Assembly: GCA_030141605.1 (NCBI GenBank)
Contig: JAQGDQ010000048.1
Coordinates: 1 to 64,000, forward strand
Reading direction: 5' to 3'
DNA: 64,000 nucleotides
Source of the DNA: Tubiluchus corallicola
Taxonomy: Eukaryota > Animalia > Priapulida
Position numbers and translations under genes: made by a program. The notes under the pieces are model-generated. The model searched no databases, was not told the origin of the DNA, and was given only the letters and a program-made list of their open reading frames with translations. This document shows positions 26,400 to 39,559 of the stretch, piece after piece (the first letter of the stretch is position 1; each line of letters begins with the position of its first letter).

Positions 26400-26753
26400 G
26401 TAAGAATCAATTTTAAGTCACTTAATAAAAGATTGTCTTCTCTTTCTTTATAAGCTTTGGCACTTTGGTGGACTATTTTATTGTAGCGGGTTAATTCACT
26501 GGCATTGGTATGGCCTAAATTTTTGAATTTTTTGTTAATTAAAATGTCAAACAGGATATTGAAAGCGTTCCTGTCACTAATGAAACTTTAAAAATTCCTA
26601 AAATTAAATAATTAAAATTCTGTTGATTGTTTAAAGGGTAGCTGTTTTATTTTTTGCTAGCCATAATTATTTGTATTTGCATCACTAAATAAGCATTCAT
26701 TTCATTTCAACTGCTTGCAGTTAACCAAAACAAATATTCTATTTCCATTTCAG

Positions 26754-27012
26754 TGGGATCCACATGACTGGTTCATCTGGTATTTCATACTCAATATCTT
26801 ATCCATTGTCACATGCATGTACTGCTTTGCTGTGATTGGACGACCAGCTAAAGACTACATACAGGAGAAGTACAAGATTTTACCGAAATACATTTCCTTG
26901 CAAGCTTGCTTGATCCTCAGTGGGTTGCAGCCATTGCTAATCAGCATCATTGGCAGTTCAACGAATGTGGTTCCATGTTATCCACCGCTGGCAACAAAAG
27001 AACGGACACAGA
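26754..27012 (+). CDS. OSTalpha-like exon 6
   Basis: WDPHDWFIWYF...KYISLQACLILSGLQ...VPCYPPL..R; conserved KxxxxQxxLxxxxLQ and PCxPP motifs. Confidence 0.9.
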
Positions 27013-27392
27013 GTGGGTACCAATTTACTAATATTAACTCACTTTTAGAAGAACAATAGTTTAGCAGTTAGATAATGCAAAGGCAGTTGTGATCCTATTT
27101 TAACCCATGTATTTTTTTTCAGTAATTAATATTCAAGTTTAATGTAAAATTGTAAAGACCTGTCTCTTGTTCGTATGATACAAGTTCAATGCTGAGTGCA
27201 GCAAAAATACAGTTCTTACAGTTACAAGAAGTGTTTGCCTTTTTAAGGCTACCGTTGGTCACAGCCTTGTTCATTAACTAACTTTTGTTAAGTTTAGACA
27301 AGAAGTATAATACTCATCATTGTAGTTCTAACTTTTGTGACTATTATGTTTTGTTAAATTTTTATTACCAAGTGCAAGCCATAATTGCAGTA

Positions 27393-28370
27393 CAGTAAGC
27401 GCCGCTTAATAGACTCACTTTGGGACCGAAGTGTTTTGACCCAATTAGCCGACTGAACCTATTAACTGATATAGTGTTACTGGTATAGAGGTATGAGTCA
27501 CCAGCTTACTATGCACTGCAAAGGTTTTTAATGAATTTTAGAAATGAAGTACTAAATTCCTTTGTACTGTTAAAAATTAGAAAAAAATATTTTAAAATAG
27601 TAATTTATATAAGTGAATTAGAAATAAATTAAAAAGTATACTTTTTAAATCACACACGTCTACTTATTTGCAAAAATTACAAAAATTTCTTCAAAGTCCG
27701 CTGCTTCATTTTATCACGAAGAAGTTCGCCCACAAAGTTCTCAAAATGATAAAAACGTTGAAAATCTGTTGTTGTATGATGCACAAATTCTCGTAAAATA
27801 TGTGCTTGAACTGCTTGACGTGCTTCAACTGTTGGTAGTGCCTGTGTTTCCCCGAAGCTTCGTCTGTAGCTTTGCCTAGGCTCCAGCTTGCTATAATGTG
27901 ACATACTTACTGTACTGTGCCTGCGTCCTGGCATAACAGCAACATCTAACTGATTGAAATTTCTGGCAAAGACTGCCAGAGCTTCAAAAGCAAACCCTAA
28001 ACAAGTGATTAAATGTTTAGTTTCCAGGAATTCTTGGATAATGAGGTTAATTGCAGTGGACCAGCAGGCCAAAGCAAACCATTAGGCTAGCATAATTAGG
28101 GTATGCTAAACGTTCCAGCTTACAAATAAAACGGTACTTAACATGATTGTTTCTATGTATATTATAGGACAAAAGCCAACTAAGTTAATATAAAAGTCAT
28201 GAAAGCTTATTAGTCACGCCAAAGTGTCTTATTGAAGCATGTGAAGGAAAAATATTGACTCAATTATGCGGAGTTATCTGAGTCAATTACCGATAGTTTT
28301 TATGTACATTTGAATAGAACCAGGCATTTTTGAGTCAATTAAGCAAATGCGTCTATTAAGCGGTATACTG
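27393..28370. mobile_element. pogo/Tigger-like DNA transposon derivative, copy 2
   Basis: TA-CAGTAAGCGCCGCTTAATAGAC ... GTCTATTAAGCGGTATACTG-TA; colinear with 20690-21582. Confidence 0.85.
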
Positions 28371-28554
28371 TATTACTGTTTTTTTATCATTGCTTTCATC
28401 ATTATAGTATTATTTGTTTCTAGTTTTTTGTACCTTTTGGTTTCTTTAAGTGAGATATAATTTCAATTTAAATTCAGTTTAAATTTTTTTGGCACCAATT
28501 AGTTGTTGTGTAGTTAGTTTTTGTTAATTTTCATTGACTTGAGTTCCTGTTTAG

Positions 28555-28769
28555 GTTTTTATCACCTGGTCCTTATCGTTGAGATGTTCTTCATATCACT
28601 CATAACCATACGTGCTTGGCGCTTTCCTACAGTTGATACGGAGCATGATTTGCTGCTCTCTGTTGAGGATGAATGCGCAAGGGCATGTCGAAATAACTAC
28701 ACACCTAACACTTGGAATGATTCAAAGAAAGCAGTTAACAAGAAGGCCATGTTTTACGGATCTGTATAG
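28555..28769 (+). CDS. OSTalpha-like last exon
   Basis: FYHLVLIVEMFFISL (conserved LxxEMF) to stop; spliced CDS totals 1095 nt in frame. Confidence 0.88.
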
Positions 28770-31409
28770 TATACATTTTAGCATTGATTTTTACGGTATG
28801 ATTATTTTACAAGAGATTTGTCTTGTGTATTATTTTAGGTTTTAAGTTTTTTAAGTTGATAGAAAAAAGTTGATGAGTTGATAGAAAAAATGTAGGAAAG
28901 TTTTGTGCAAGAATTTTTAATGACTTGCTTGAGAGCTTAGTAGTTTTATAGCAAATGCAGGCACCACAATCTGGAACTCAGCCTGTCCAATTTTATTTTA
29001 TTTACGAATTTTATTCAGGGAAATTTTTATGGAAAAAAACTTGTGAATTGGTAGAAACTTTCATATCAAGTTGTTTGAAAAATATTTATAATTAGATGTA
29101 TTTATCTTCGAGATAGGAGCATAGGATTGACTTTAGGGACTTTCACTGTGTTGGTGAGACATGTTGAATATTTTGCTGATATTGTGCTTGGCCAATTCTT
29201 ACAGTCATAGATATAAAGTGCAGCATCAGGGTATGAGTTTCCCAACCCATCAAAGGGCTTAATCAGTCATGTTATTAGGTCCTTAAATTGCCCATAAACC
29301 CAAAATTCTGGTTTGATGTTAAAGTTTATACTTATTTATTTTAAAAGTAAATTGAAAACAATCTGCTAAATGCAAATGTTAAATTTTACTAGTAGAAGAA
29401 TGAAATTGACTGTAACTAATTAAAACAGTGATATTTTATCAGGTTTTAATTTATCTGTTGTGTATTTTGAATATTAACTGTTCAGGCTTGGCTGTATGTA
29501 TATTGTATTAAGTAACTTTAATTGCAAAATCAGGTTATTTTAATTGTATTGTTATTTGCAGATAATAGCATTTTAAGTTTATATGATTTTATTATTTTTA
29601 GCATTTAACAAAGTTTAAGAATTTTTATAAATTTTATTACATAAACAAGGAGTGCACATTTAACATTCTGCCAGTGGAAAAACACAAGCACACTTTAGAA
29701 CTGCCATTACTTTAACATCGCATGCAAGTATAAACACTACTATACCATTTCTGTTAGTAGTTATACCTTTGTCGATTTTGTTATAATGGCATTTGCTATA
29801 TGTTAGCATAAATATAAAAAATACGAAATAATAATCTGAGGTCCTATTTTTTAGCCATGCTATAATATATTTTCTAATTTGGTCCAATACAAAAATTGGT
29901 ACAAGATCTATTACTGGTCCTGGGATGAAAATGAACCCATTCTGCTTTCTATACAAAAAAAAGGAGAGTAATGATACCTGCATATAGCAAACCCAAGTAG
30001 ATTAGATTTTCATATATAATTTAAAAAACTTGTTTAGAACTTCATCCGCTCGTAAACTGTAAAGCTTCAAAATTTAAACTGCCTCACTGTCTACTACATG
30101 TAGTCACTTTAACTGTGCTAATTCTGTTATTGTATTCACATTCTGCACAAAGTAGGCACAAAACTAGTTGTGCATATTTTACTAACTTGGTAAGAATTAA
30201 TTAAAATCACTACATTAATACATTTTCTTAATTAAACTGGTACTGAGATGCTTCAGAATTTGCCCATTTCATCATTTAAATATACGAGACAGATGCTTGC
30301 AGCTATTATACAAAATGAGCTTACTTAATAAAGACGCTTGGTGTTTTTGTAATTTAGTATCAGAAAGCAGGGCTAAATGTGAAAAATGTGTTCTATTTCA
30401 AGTGCTATCCAACTTGTTTGAAGAGTGAATAAAAATTGATAATATCTTGCCCCAATTAAGTCGTGTATAACTTTAAAGTATTTCCATAGTAGCTAAAGCA
30501 CAGTAATTTATATTACTTTTATACTCCAGTGCAGAGGTGGTTGTTAGATACTTCCAAGCACAATTATGTAAATAGAACTGATTTTATACTTCATCTTAGT
30601 TTTGTATTGAGCTTATGATAGTATTTACATAGGTGTTAGTATTTACATGTGTATTTTAAGAATTGTGTTAATGTGCTAGTTTGTACTCATTGCTCCGATG
30701 GGCTTATATCTATTATTGTATCTTTAAGGAAATTTAGAATAAAATTGGTAGTTATTTTTAGTTGGTGTTTAGAATTCTAATTGAACTTGACAACAATTAA
30801 GTATATATTTGTTTGTACTAGCACTTTCACCATTTTTTAAGAGATTAGTCTTTAAAGTATTATAAAATAATATTATTTTTCAAAAGTTAAATAAAAAGTG
30901 AATAAAAAATTCACGAAGGAGCTTAATAACTTCAGAAATTGCTTTGTGTTGAGAAATTCTACAATGCTGTTAATAGTAATGTTTGATAAATCCATAGAAA
31001 TCAGAACACCAGACTGAAGCATCGATCTGTTCAGAAGATGGAAATTATTGTATTCATCTTGCAACATGTGCAGAAATAAAATCAACAGACAAAACAATAA
31101 AAATTAGAATTTGCAATGTACTTGTAAGTGCAAATTTTGCTTGAACTCATTCCTCAAGTGTAATTATCATTATAGATGTAATTAGCAAACGTATTGGGGT
31201 TATTTTGGTACAATATCTTACTTAATTCAGTAAACTCCAGCAGAAGATTTCATACGATGTGTGGAATTAAAATGTTATAATTGCCTCATGAAACCAAAGG
31301 AGCAATTAATCCCCCACTCTTCCGTTAGGATTGCCTGTAACTTGTGAAAAGCAAATGCGTATAATAACAAAAAAAAACAAGCAGCTTGTTAAACGCCATA
31401 GAACAATGA

Positions 31410-31415
31410 TTTATT
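31410..31415 (-). terminator. Candidate polyadenylation signal for Syt1 (implies a ~2.6 kb 3' UTR)
   Basis: AATAAA on the minus strand followed by a U/GU-rich tract; other AATAAA sites also exist. Confidence 0.3.
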
Positions 31416-33979
31416 ATTACTTACAACATAAAAATCCAGTTTTGTAGTCCAGCATAGTCGTCAGAAATGAACTGTGAGCATTATTAGTACAATCAGTCGA
31501 AAAGGCAGAAACTGTATTCTGTAGAAATACTACGAGAAGTATCATATTACTAAATACATAGAATATAATCACTGCCATTTTTTGGATCAGTGTCGCCTAG
31601 TGTAGCGATCAGTGCTGTGTAGCGATGATGTTAGATGAAAAGTGTTTTCGCTATGTGACCCAGATTGTAACATTCTGCAGATATGCTTATAGATAATTAT
31701 AATGTATAAATGAGTGTAGATAATCTTATAAATCGTATTTATAAATGATTATTAAAATTTTTAATGTTTGAGATACATAGTTATAATGGCCATAACTTAA
31801 TCACCTTATTGGGAAACGTTTAACAGGGCGAACTCAATGTTTAATTACATGTTTACAGTTTATTTGAAATGTTGATTTCATATATCTGCACATATATGTT
31901 TTAGTACATATATGGACATGGCAGTTCAACTGTCAGTTTGAGTATAATTATACTATACAATAATATAGTAACAAAAAAATAACATGTCACATTAAGTAGT
32001 ATAGTTTGTGGAATGTTTAAGTTGGAGCCATCACTTGATATTAACGTGATGATAACATAATAATTAATGTCTTAATAACCATAATAACAACAATTTTTCG
32101 AAACAAAACGTTCTTTATCTACTGTATTTTAACTAACTATAATAGCGCTCTATTCTAACAACTTCTTGATGCTATACAAACTATGCGAACATTACTGAAT
32201 AAGCTATTAATGAAATTAAAGGCAACAGCGAGTGTTGTGTTCACAGAAAGCTTCAATTACATTTTCCTTAACTGCAATTTGCGACTGCGTCTGTCCTACA
32301 TAATTGGTTACCCCGCATTGCTTTACCCTATTTAATCATAAACGAACAAGGATCAATGAAATGTCAAGAGACGTATATTGTGTAGTCAGTGTATTTTGCG
32401 ACAGATTAAAAACTAAGTTTAATATCACAGAACTTTTTAACTTTGTACAACATAATATTATTAAAACTATAAAGCAAAAATGGATAAAGCTACGATTAGA
32501 TCAACGTAATTAAGACTTATTCAGTATTCTTCCCAAAAGGAATTAAAATATTGTATCGAAAGTTACACAGTCATAGTTTGTGTTCGGCTGGTCAAATATT
32601 CTTGGTTTATGCCCGTAGAAGTCCATGCAGGGTTTGTCTTCAATTGTAGTGCAGCCGCTCAGATTCATATTGTATTTTGCACATAATTATTGTAATATAA
32701 ATTTAAATTATTATTATATAGGCGGGAGTTCACCTCGTTATCTAACCGCGTTAATAAACTTTGTTAGTTATCGCCATCTGCCGCTTGTTGAAACAGATAA
32801 GAAATTATTATTGTTCTTACGTATTTGAGGGAAAATACTGTGATATCCGCGGCTTGCAATGTCTTCTTCATGGAATGCCACTTTGAAACACCATTCCCAA
32901 CAACTGGACGCTGTCAGCAGCTAAAATCCTACCCAACTGTTACAGGCCTACTATACTTCCATTTGTAATTTCTGTTGGCTTTCGTTCTAACACGAAGAAT
33001 GAAAAGCCTAAGTATTTCTACTCTACAGCTGCTAATTATAATAATGATTTTATTATAAACCACGCGTCGCTTGATTAGTACATGCAATAATTAAAACCTT
33101 ACACAGTTAATAATTCTTTGGTCTATCCCACATGCGTAACAGCTTACTGAAGCAGTATTGCAAACTCCTCTTATAACAAAGCGTTATTAACAACGATAAA
33201 ATCTAAAACCATCCAAATCAATAATGATTATTCATTATTTTAACCAGACTAGGACAATCAATTATCAGTAATTAGTGATAATTAATAGTTAATAACGATA
33301 ACTTTGGCTCAAATTATGTAACAAGCAGAGCAGCTACGCAACGTAGGAAATACATTGCAGGCAAAAGTTTTATGTAAAACCCCATATAGGCTAGTTCCAT
33401 TTTCGTTATGTGACGCGAGAACCTATTCTAATAATTAAACAAAATGATACTTCATACGTGGAAAAACAGTCAGGTACTAATTACTATTATGTGTTAATTT
33501 TAAAGTTCTTAAAAAATCCAGGCATTAATTTTATCCTTATTAAATTATTATTAGGGGCTCACTACACAGCACGAATAGTTAAATGTTCGAAGCATTTTTT
33601 GTAACTGGAAATACGTGCAAAGTGTGTTTTTATGTCAATTAAACAAAGACATCATCTGTTATTTCAAAAAACATGATCCAGCCAAATCTGTAAATTTATC
33701 TATCACTGAATGTGTTATACACAGAAAAGTTAATACTGGGATTCTCTCTGAGCCAGGTGTTCTGGGAAAGTGTTCATTACGGCTTTCAGAAAAAAACAGC
33801 TTCTTTAAACTCTTTAACACAAATGTAGAATGAAAGTCTCCGATGAGTGAATGTTGTCCTACCAAGGTCCCGAGGTCAAGAAGTTGGCCCAAAAATATTA
33901 TATTTCTAGTAGGACTACTCAAAAATGAATGTAATCATAAACGTGGCAGCAAGGTACAATTTAATCGCTGACGTCATTA

Positions 33980-34174
33980 TTAGTCTGCTTTCTTGCCTTC
34001 TTCAATCTCTTGCAGTGTGTGCCATTGTGCAATTGGTCGCCTTGGCGAAGCCAGCATGTCACTCCAGTGACGTAACGCTGAGCCGGTTGCATTACAACCC
34101 AAAGTAACACGTCCGATGGGTTCCGAGGTACCGATCCGGTCGTAATCGACCACTGTGATTATGAGTGATACTTT
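33980..34174 (-). CDS. Syt1: Synaptotagmin-1 last exon (end of C2B, WHTL motif)
   Basis: [64 protein letters not shown]. Confidence 0.96.
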   Translation of the reverse strand, partial: KVSLIITVVDYDRIGTSEPIGRVTLGCNATGSALRHWSDMLASPRRPIAQWHTLQEIEEGKKAD

Positions 34175-35635
34175 CTGGAAAAGCCAAAAAAAAGGAAATT
34201 CCGAGAGGTGGATAAGAAAATGATAAACTAGTTTTTCAGTTTAAATTTTAAAATTACGAAGTAGATATAATCATTACTTGCAATGAGGGTCATAAGGAAT
34301 TATTATTGTTGATATCAGCAAAGCTTTATTTACATTATTATTTACCTATAGGACCACGTTTAATTACTCAGACACACAGGTACTTCGTTCGTTCATTGGC
34401 TTCATTACAACGCACACACAAATTTGGTGTGAGGTGAATAAATTTATTACTTTTTATGTAACACGTGGACACAGGCAGAACTGCATTCCAGCCAATTATA
34501 AGCAAATTGCTAATGCAGTCTCTTTTTGTTATTCAACATTAGCAGTTTTACTAATTTCACAAAAAGTAATGAAACTTTCGAACAGAAGTATAATAACTCT
34601 GTTTTAGTTGACAGTAACTTTTAATAAGTTAGTCCTTAAGTTGTATGATACCTGCTACCATCTAGATAAGAAGTCAGATTTGTGTACATATCCAGGGAAC
34701 TACAGCATTGCATATTATCGCTAGGCTGTAGCTGCCAAATTAAAAAATCGTATTTGTGCCAATCACTAACTTTAAAATTTTAAAAATTCGAGTCTCATAC
34801 CATGCATTAGAAATCATATAATTTTAAATTACCAGTAATATATTTCTTAAAATATAATGCAAAAAAATTTCTCATAGTATGACAACAATGAAAGGTATTA
34901 GCAGCTGCCTGTAACTGGCTATAGTAAAAGATATCATGCACTCCATGCTGGAAGATAAATAAAACAATAGAAACTGTTATAAAAGTTCATCCACTTAATA
35001 GCCCACTAAACTGTTTAATTCTTATAAGTTAACAAGTACAGTCATAGTTTTGTAAGCAAAACACAAATTTTGTTCATGTACTTTAACCTTATTATCTAAA
35101 AAAACTTGTCAAGTATTTTTAATATAATTAAAATCAACCATACGAAGAAAATACGTGGTATCAGTTAACTGGAACCTTGCTTCTCTAAACTGTGTGTTAC
35201 ACTATACACGATAATTTAAATCAGTACTTATCACAATAGAAAAATGTATGGTACACATTTGTTGTAAGTTAATGTATGTCTCTAACCACAAAATCTGAAC
35301 AGCCTCTATTATTTTTGACAAATTTTGATGATAAATTTTTCTCAGAACCGGTGTATTTTGAAATCCAATTTTAAAATTAACTAACCATCAGACGACATAA
35401 ACATTTAGTATGTTATTATTATCATATACGTTTTTGTGAATGTGTTAATTACAGTGATCTAATAGTAAGAATAATAGTTAGTTACACGTTGTTTCTCATA
35501 GAATGTGTATTATATAGATTATATACAACTGTTTTACATGAAACTACGCAGGGCCAATCAGTTACTAGTGTGAGGTATCGAGGTATTTAGAGTGGGAATG
35601 ACTCGTTAGTAAAACAAACAAATAAATAAACAAAC

Positions 35636-35769
35636 CTGTATTTGTTCGAATGGTACTTCGAAAGTGAATGATTCGTTATAATACGGATTAAGCGTACATT
35701 TCTTAATGCTCGTCTTCTTCTTCTTTATTCGCTTCCCGTTTTGCATCAAGGCAATTTTGACATATGGGT
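35636..35769 (-). CDS. Syt1: Synaptotagmin-1 C2B mutually exclusive exon 8B
   Basis: 134 nt, [49 protein letters not shown]. Confidence 0.95.
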
Positions 35770-36745
35770 CTGTAGAGAGACAGATTCGCACATGCAAGAA
35801 AGCATAGAAAAAATATCGTAAGATTATCAGAACTGGGTTTGTAAAGTTGTAACGTATAATGTTAGCATGATAATGTATGTCATTTAGCATTCTTTTGCTA
35901 GGGTTTGGTGGATGCTGTTGGAATTTCTTCCTCTTTTTCTATAACTCAAAAGAGTCTTTAAACGAACAACTCGGTTTTGAACTGAATGTTGCGAAATGCA
36001 CGGTTACACGTTAAATAGAGTTTAAACGCCCAAACTTTTCAGGTAAACTATAGCTGCCATTGTTTTTTAAATGTAAAATGCAGATACAAGGTTCTACACG
36101 GGCCATCATTCCTCAGGCCTTGGCTGTTTGAAACTTACACAATACTGCACTTCACGAATAATGTCGGAAAATAAAATTGTAATAGAGCTGACTTCTTCTT
36201 CTGCCGTAAATGAGATGCAACTTATCACATGAAGAAAAAGAAAATTGCGTCATTAAAAGAGTGTATATATCCGCCACCACCAAACACAAACGTGATATGT
36301 AACTGACATTGTTATCATGCTGCTGTTTTCACCTGCATTTGACCTGGTCCTGTTTTTGACTTTGACCATGAGAGAAAGTTTGATCACTCAAATTTTTGCC
36401 CTGAGATGTAGAAGGAATAAGTGTCAGGAAATGATATGCTAAGCATGCAGGAGCTGCTTGTGAGGATATCATGCATAAAAACGTAGAAACATGCAGTACG
36501 TGCGAAATATGCTTGTTCTAAATTGCTAAAATAAATTTACGAACTTATGGCAAATCATTTATATAAGATAAGATCAGATAAATTTATAAGGTGGTCATCG
36601 TGCTATTGAATGCATATGAAAAACATAGTTCATTCTTGAAAAAATCATGCGCGACAATGCGAACTTCATAAACAATACAGTTATAAGTAAAAGAAGTTAA
36701 AAACCAAGATATTCTGTCAGTTGCATGCATACTGAGCCAAACTAC

Positions 36746-36879
36746 CTGGATTTGTTCAAAGGGGACTTCAAACGAGAACGATTCGTTGTAATAGGGATTC
36801 AGTGTGTTTTTCTTTATGGTTGATTTCTTCTTCTTCAGACGTTTGGTGCCAAGGTACAGGCCAAGTTTGATGTAGGGAT
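36746..36879 (-). CDS. Syt1: Synaptotagmin-1 C2B mutually exclusive exon 8A
   Basis: 134 nt, [49 protein letters not shown]. Confidence 0.93.
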
Positions 36880-38608
36880 CTAGATTGTGAGCATACATAA
36901 TATATACAACTGATCAATACATAACTCCTACTACAGCTAGAGCTATCAACAGAAAGCTAACTGCGGGATGCTGTGATGTGAAAGGATGAGGTTATTATGG
37001 TTTAGGTGGATTAGAACAGACTTACAAACACATCTATGGTTATACGAAGACCTATGTGAAGTAAAATCCTTCCAACTTTCATTGTTTAGAAGAAACATTT
37101 ATTATTACATTTTTGTAAGCCTGTTTCTACTCATGGAGCTAAAGCAAAAGCCAAATCTCTCGGGAAGTTGAACTCATTTTAATATCTGAGAAAAATGTTA
37201 GAAAGTTTCAGCAATAAAATAAAATTGTGAGAAGCGCTTCGTGTAATTTGTAAAATCAATTTCAATTCGCAATCACTTTAAGTTTGGGCGCGCTCATTTT
37301 CGATATAAAAATTATTGTCATCCAGTTACTGTAGCAATATAAACACTTCTCCCGCCAGGTGCTCCAGTTAATTTCTTTAACTTTGCCGCTACAATTAATT
37401 ATGAACTGCGAAAAATCCAAAACGTTAAAACGAAAAATTATTAATGCTATTTTTGCTTTTTGATGAATCGATCCCGTTACTCACAGTGTAATGAAAATGT
37501 ATCACCGATTATAATATAATAATCTCCAAACTCGGCTAGTTAATTAACGCCGATAAAGTAACAGTATAATAATTATTATAACAAGCTAATACTGAACCCG
37601 GTATGTTAAGTATACCGCCCGGCACCTTCTGTGTGCTCGCAGCCGAACAGAATTTCATCCTTATCTGTAAATATATTATGTGCAATACTTAACCGTTTTG
37701 AGGTATAATCCTATGAATTAAAGCTGTGTAAGCACTTTAAAAGTTATTACAAATTGATCCAACGATTACTTTTTATATAATCACACTTAAACACAATGAA
37801 TTAAACACAATTTATTGGCTAGAATAGCGAAATTTCTGAGTGAACTGCATAAACTTCGTTATTCCTATCCGCTAGCTTACGTCATTTTTTCAAGTGGCGC
37901 GCCGATGTTTGTATGGCGGGAGCTACAAGTGATTTAAATTTCTTTTGCATCTTTTAGCAAGGCATTTTATGCGCGAATATTATGTTTTAATTTCAATATT
38001 TGTACTGTACATTAAAATACAATGAATGTTGTTCGAGGGTTGGTTTTTCCTTTAAGATCACAACAAAATATTATGTTTATTGTAAGGTGCTGAACAGGTG
38101 ATGTTGTGTAGAAAGTGAGGTAGCAAGCAGTCTACATACAGTAATTGTGACAACAATGTGAGTGTGTAGGCTATGTGTGACATCACAACGAACAACGTGA
38201 TTAATTTGCCCCTTGATTAAATTTTATAGATAAACGTTTGGCCAAAAGAACAAGAACAAGAATGATTTTTTCTTAACATTAAAATTCATACAATAATTGA
38301 CAAGTCGGTTACACAATTTTTTAAAATATATTTTAAATAAAGTATGAGAAAGACCAACCTATTATTATCTTATCTATATGATAAAAGACTTTCGGATTCA
38401 ATTATTACAATTAAAAGTTATGGTTATTATTACAATTAAGGTTATGAACAAAATCAAGCATTTAAGGGTCTATTAAATGTTTATCTCATTTTTTAAAACA
38501 CAACACGCAAATTTGTAGTAAGATGAAAGAAAGCTATATATTCTAAAAACTTTGGCGAACATATCTACATGTGCAACTAAAAATCTAAATAGCTCCTTAC
38601 AGCATTTA

Positions 38609-38746
<138 letters not shown>

Positions 38747-39002
38747 CTATAGGAAAGTAACCAACAGACATAATTTAAGACTAAACAAATGCAACATTTC
38801 TACAAAAGGTACTACAATTTAGTAAAACAAATCAAACGTTGGCATTGAGCATACACGTGTAGCAGAATTTTCTTTTTCTAAGCAATTTCTTCTCATCTAG
38901 CAAAAGCTTTATTAGTATAGCATCATAGATCTGATTCGCCAGCAGTAGATTACACAGAAATCTATCATTGCCAGTAACACTGATGATGTCGGGAATACTG
39001 AC

Positions 39003-39176
39003 CTTATCAGCATCCACTTCTGCACTGGTCAAATCTCTCCACTCTTCCACGATCTGTCCAAGATCCACTTGGTTCAGTGGTACCCTGACTTCGCCAATCT
39101 GGTCGTGTTTTGAAAACCGATCAAAATCAAAAACGGCAAAGATCAGCGTCTTCGATGCTAGGTCGGCGTACGGGAC
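39003..39176 (-). CDS. Syt1: Synaptotagmin-1 exon 6 (end of C2A)
   Basis: [49 protein letters not shown]. Confidence 0.96.
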
Positions 39177-39391
39177 CTGTTCCAAAAATAATTCAGAATA
39201 ACGCTTTCAACTTACAATGAAACAAATTTTATTCTTGCTTAACATGTTGGACTCGAGATGAAGATAATGAGAACATTCTAAATTATTTTTTATCAACTTA
39301 TTTGCCATCATTACAACTGAACTAGCTGGGTGAATACCACTTTCCTAATAAACAATAATTTGATTGTCGGTGCAACACTCGTATTTATTAC

Positions 39392-39559
39392 CTTAAAAAT
39401 GAAAGTTTCATTGAAGACTGGATTGAGAGTCTTTCGGTGAACTTTTGTTTCAAATTTCTTCTTCTTATCTGGCATCAAATAGACTTTAACGTATGGATCT
39501 GATGTCCCAGACATGTCCATTCCTGGAAGATCTTCTGCTTGTAGGACTGTTACGGCTAA
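39392..39559 (-). CDS. Syt1: Synaptotagmin-1 exon 5 (C2A)
   Basis: [56 protein letters not shown]. Confidence 0.96.

Noticed and set aside
27677-28072. 131-aa minus-strand ORF as a host gene
   Set aside because: Lies within a TIR transposon derivative in an intron
34080-34150. Fifth C2B Ca2+ ligand is Glu (DYDRIGTSE)
   Set aside because: Normal for invertebrate Syt1
35606-36898. The two C2B ORFs as a second synaptotagmin gene or an assembly duplication
   Set aside because: No other exon is duplicated; the copies are diverged at the DNA level and the flanking introns are largely unrelated
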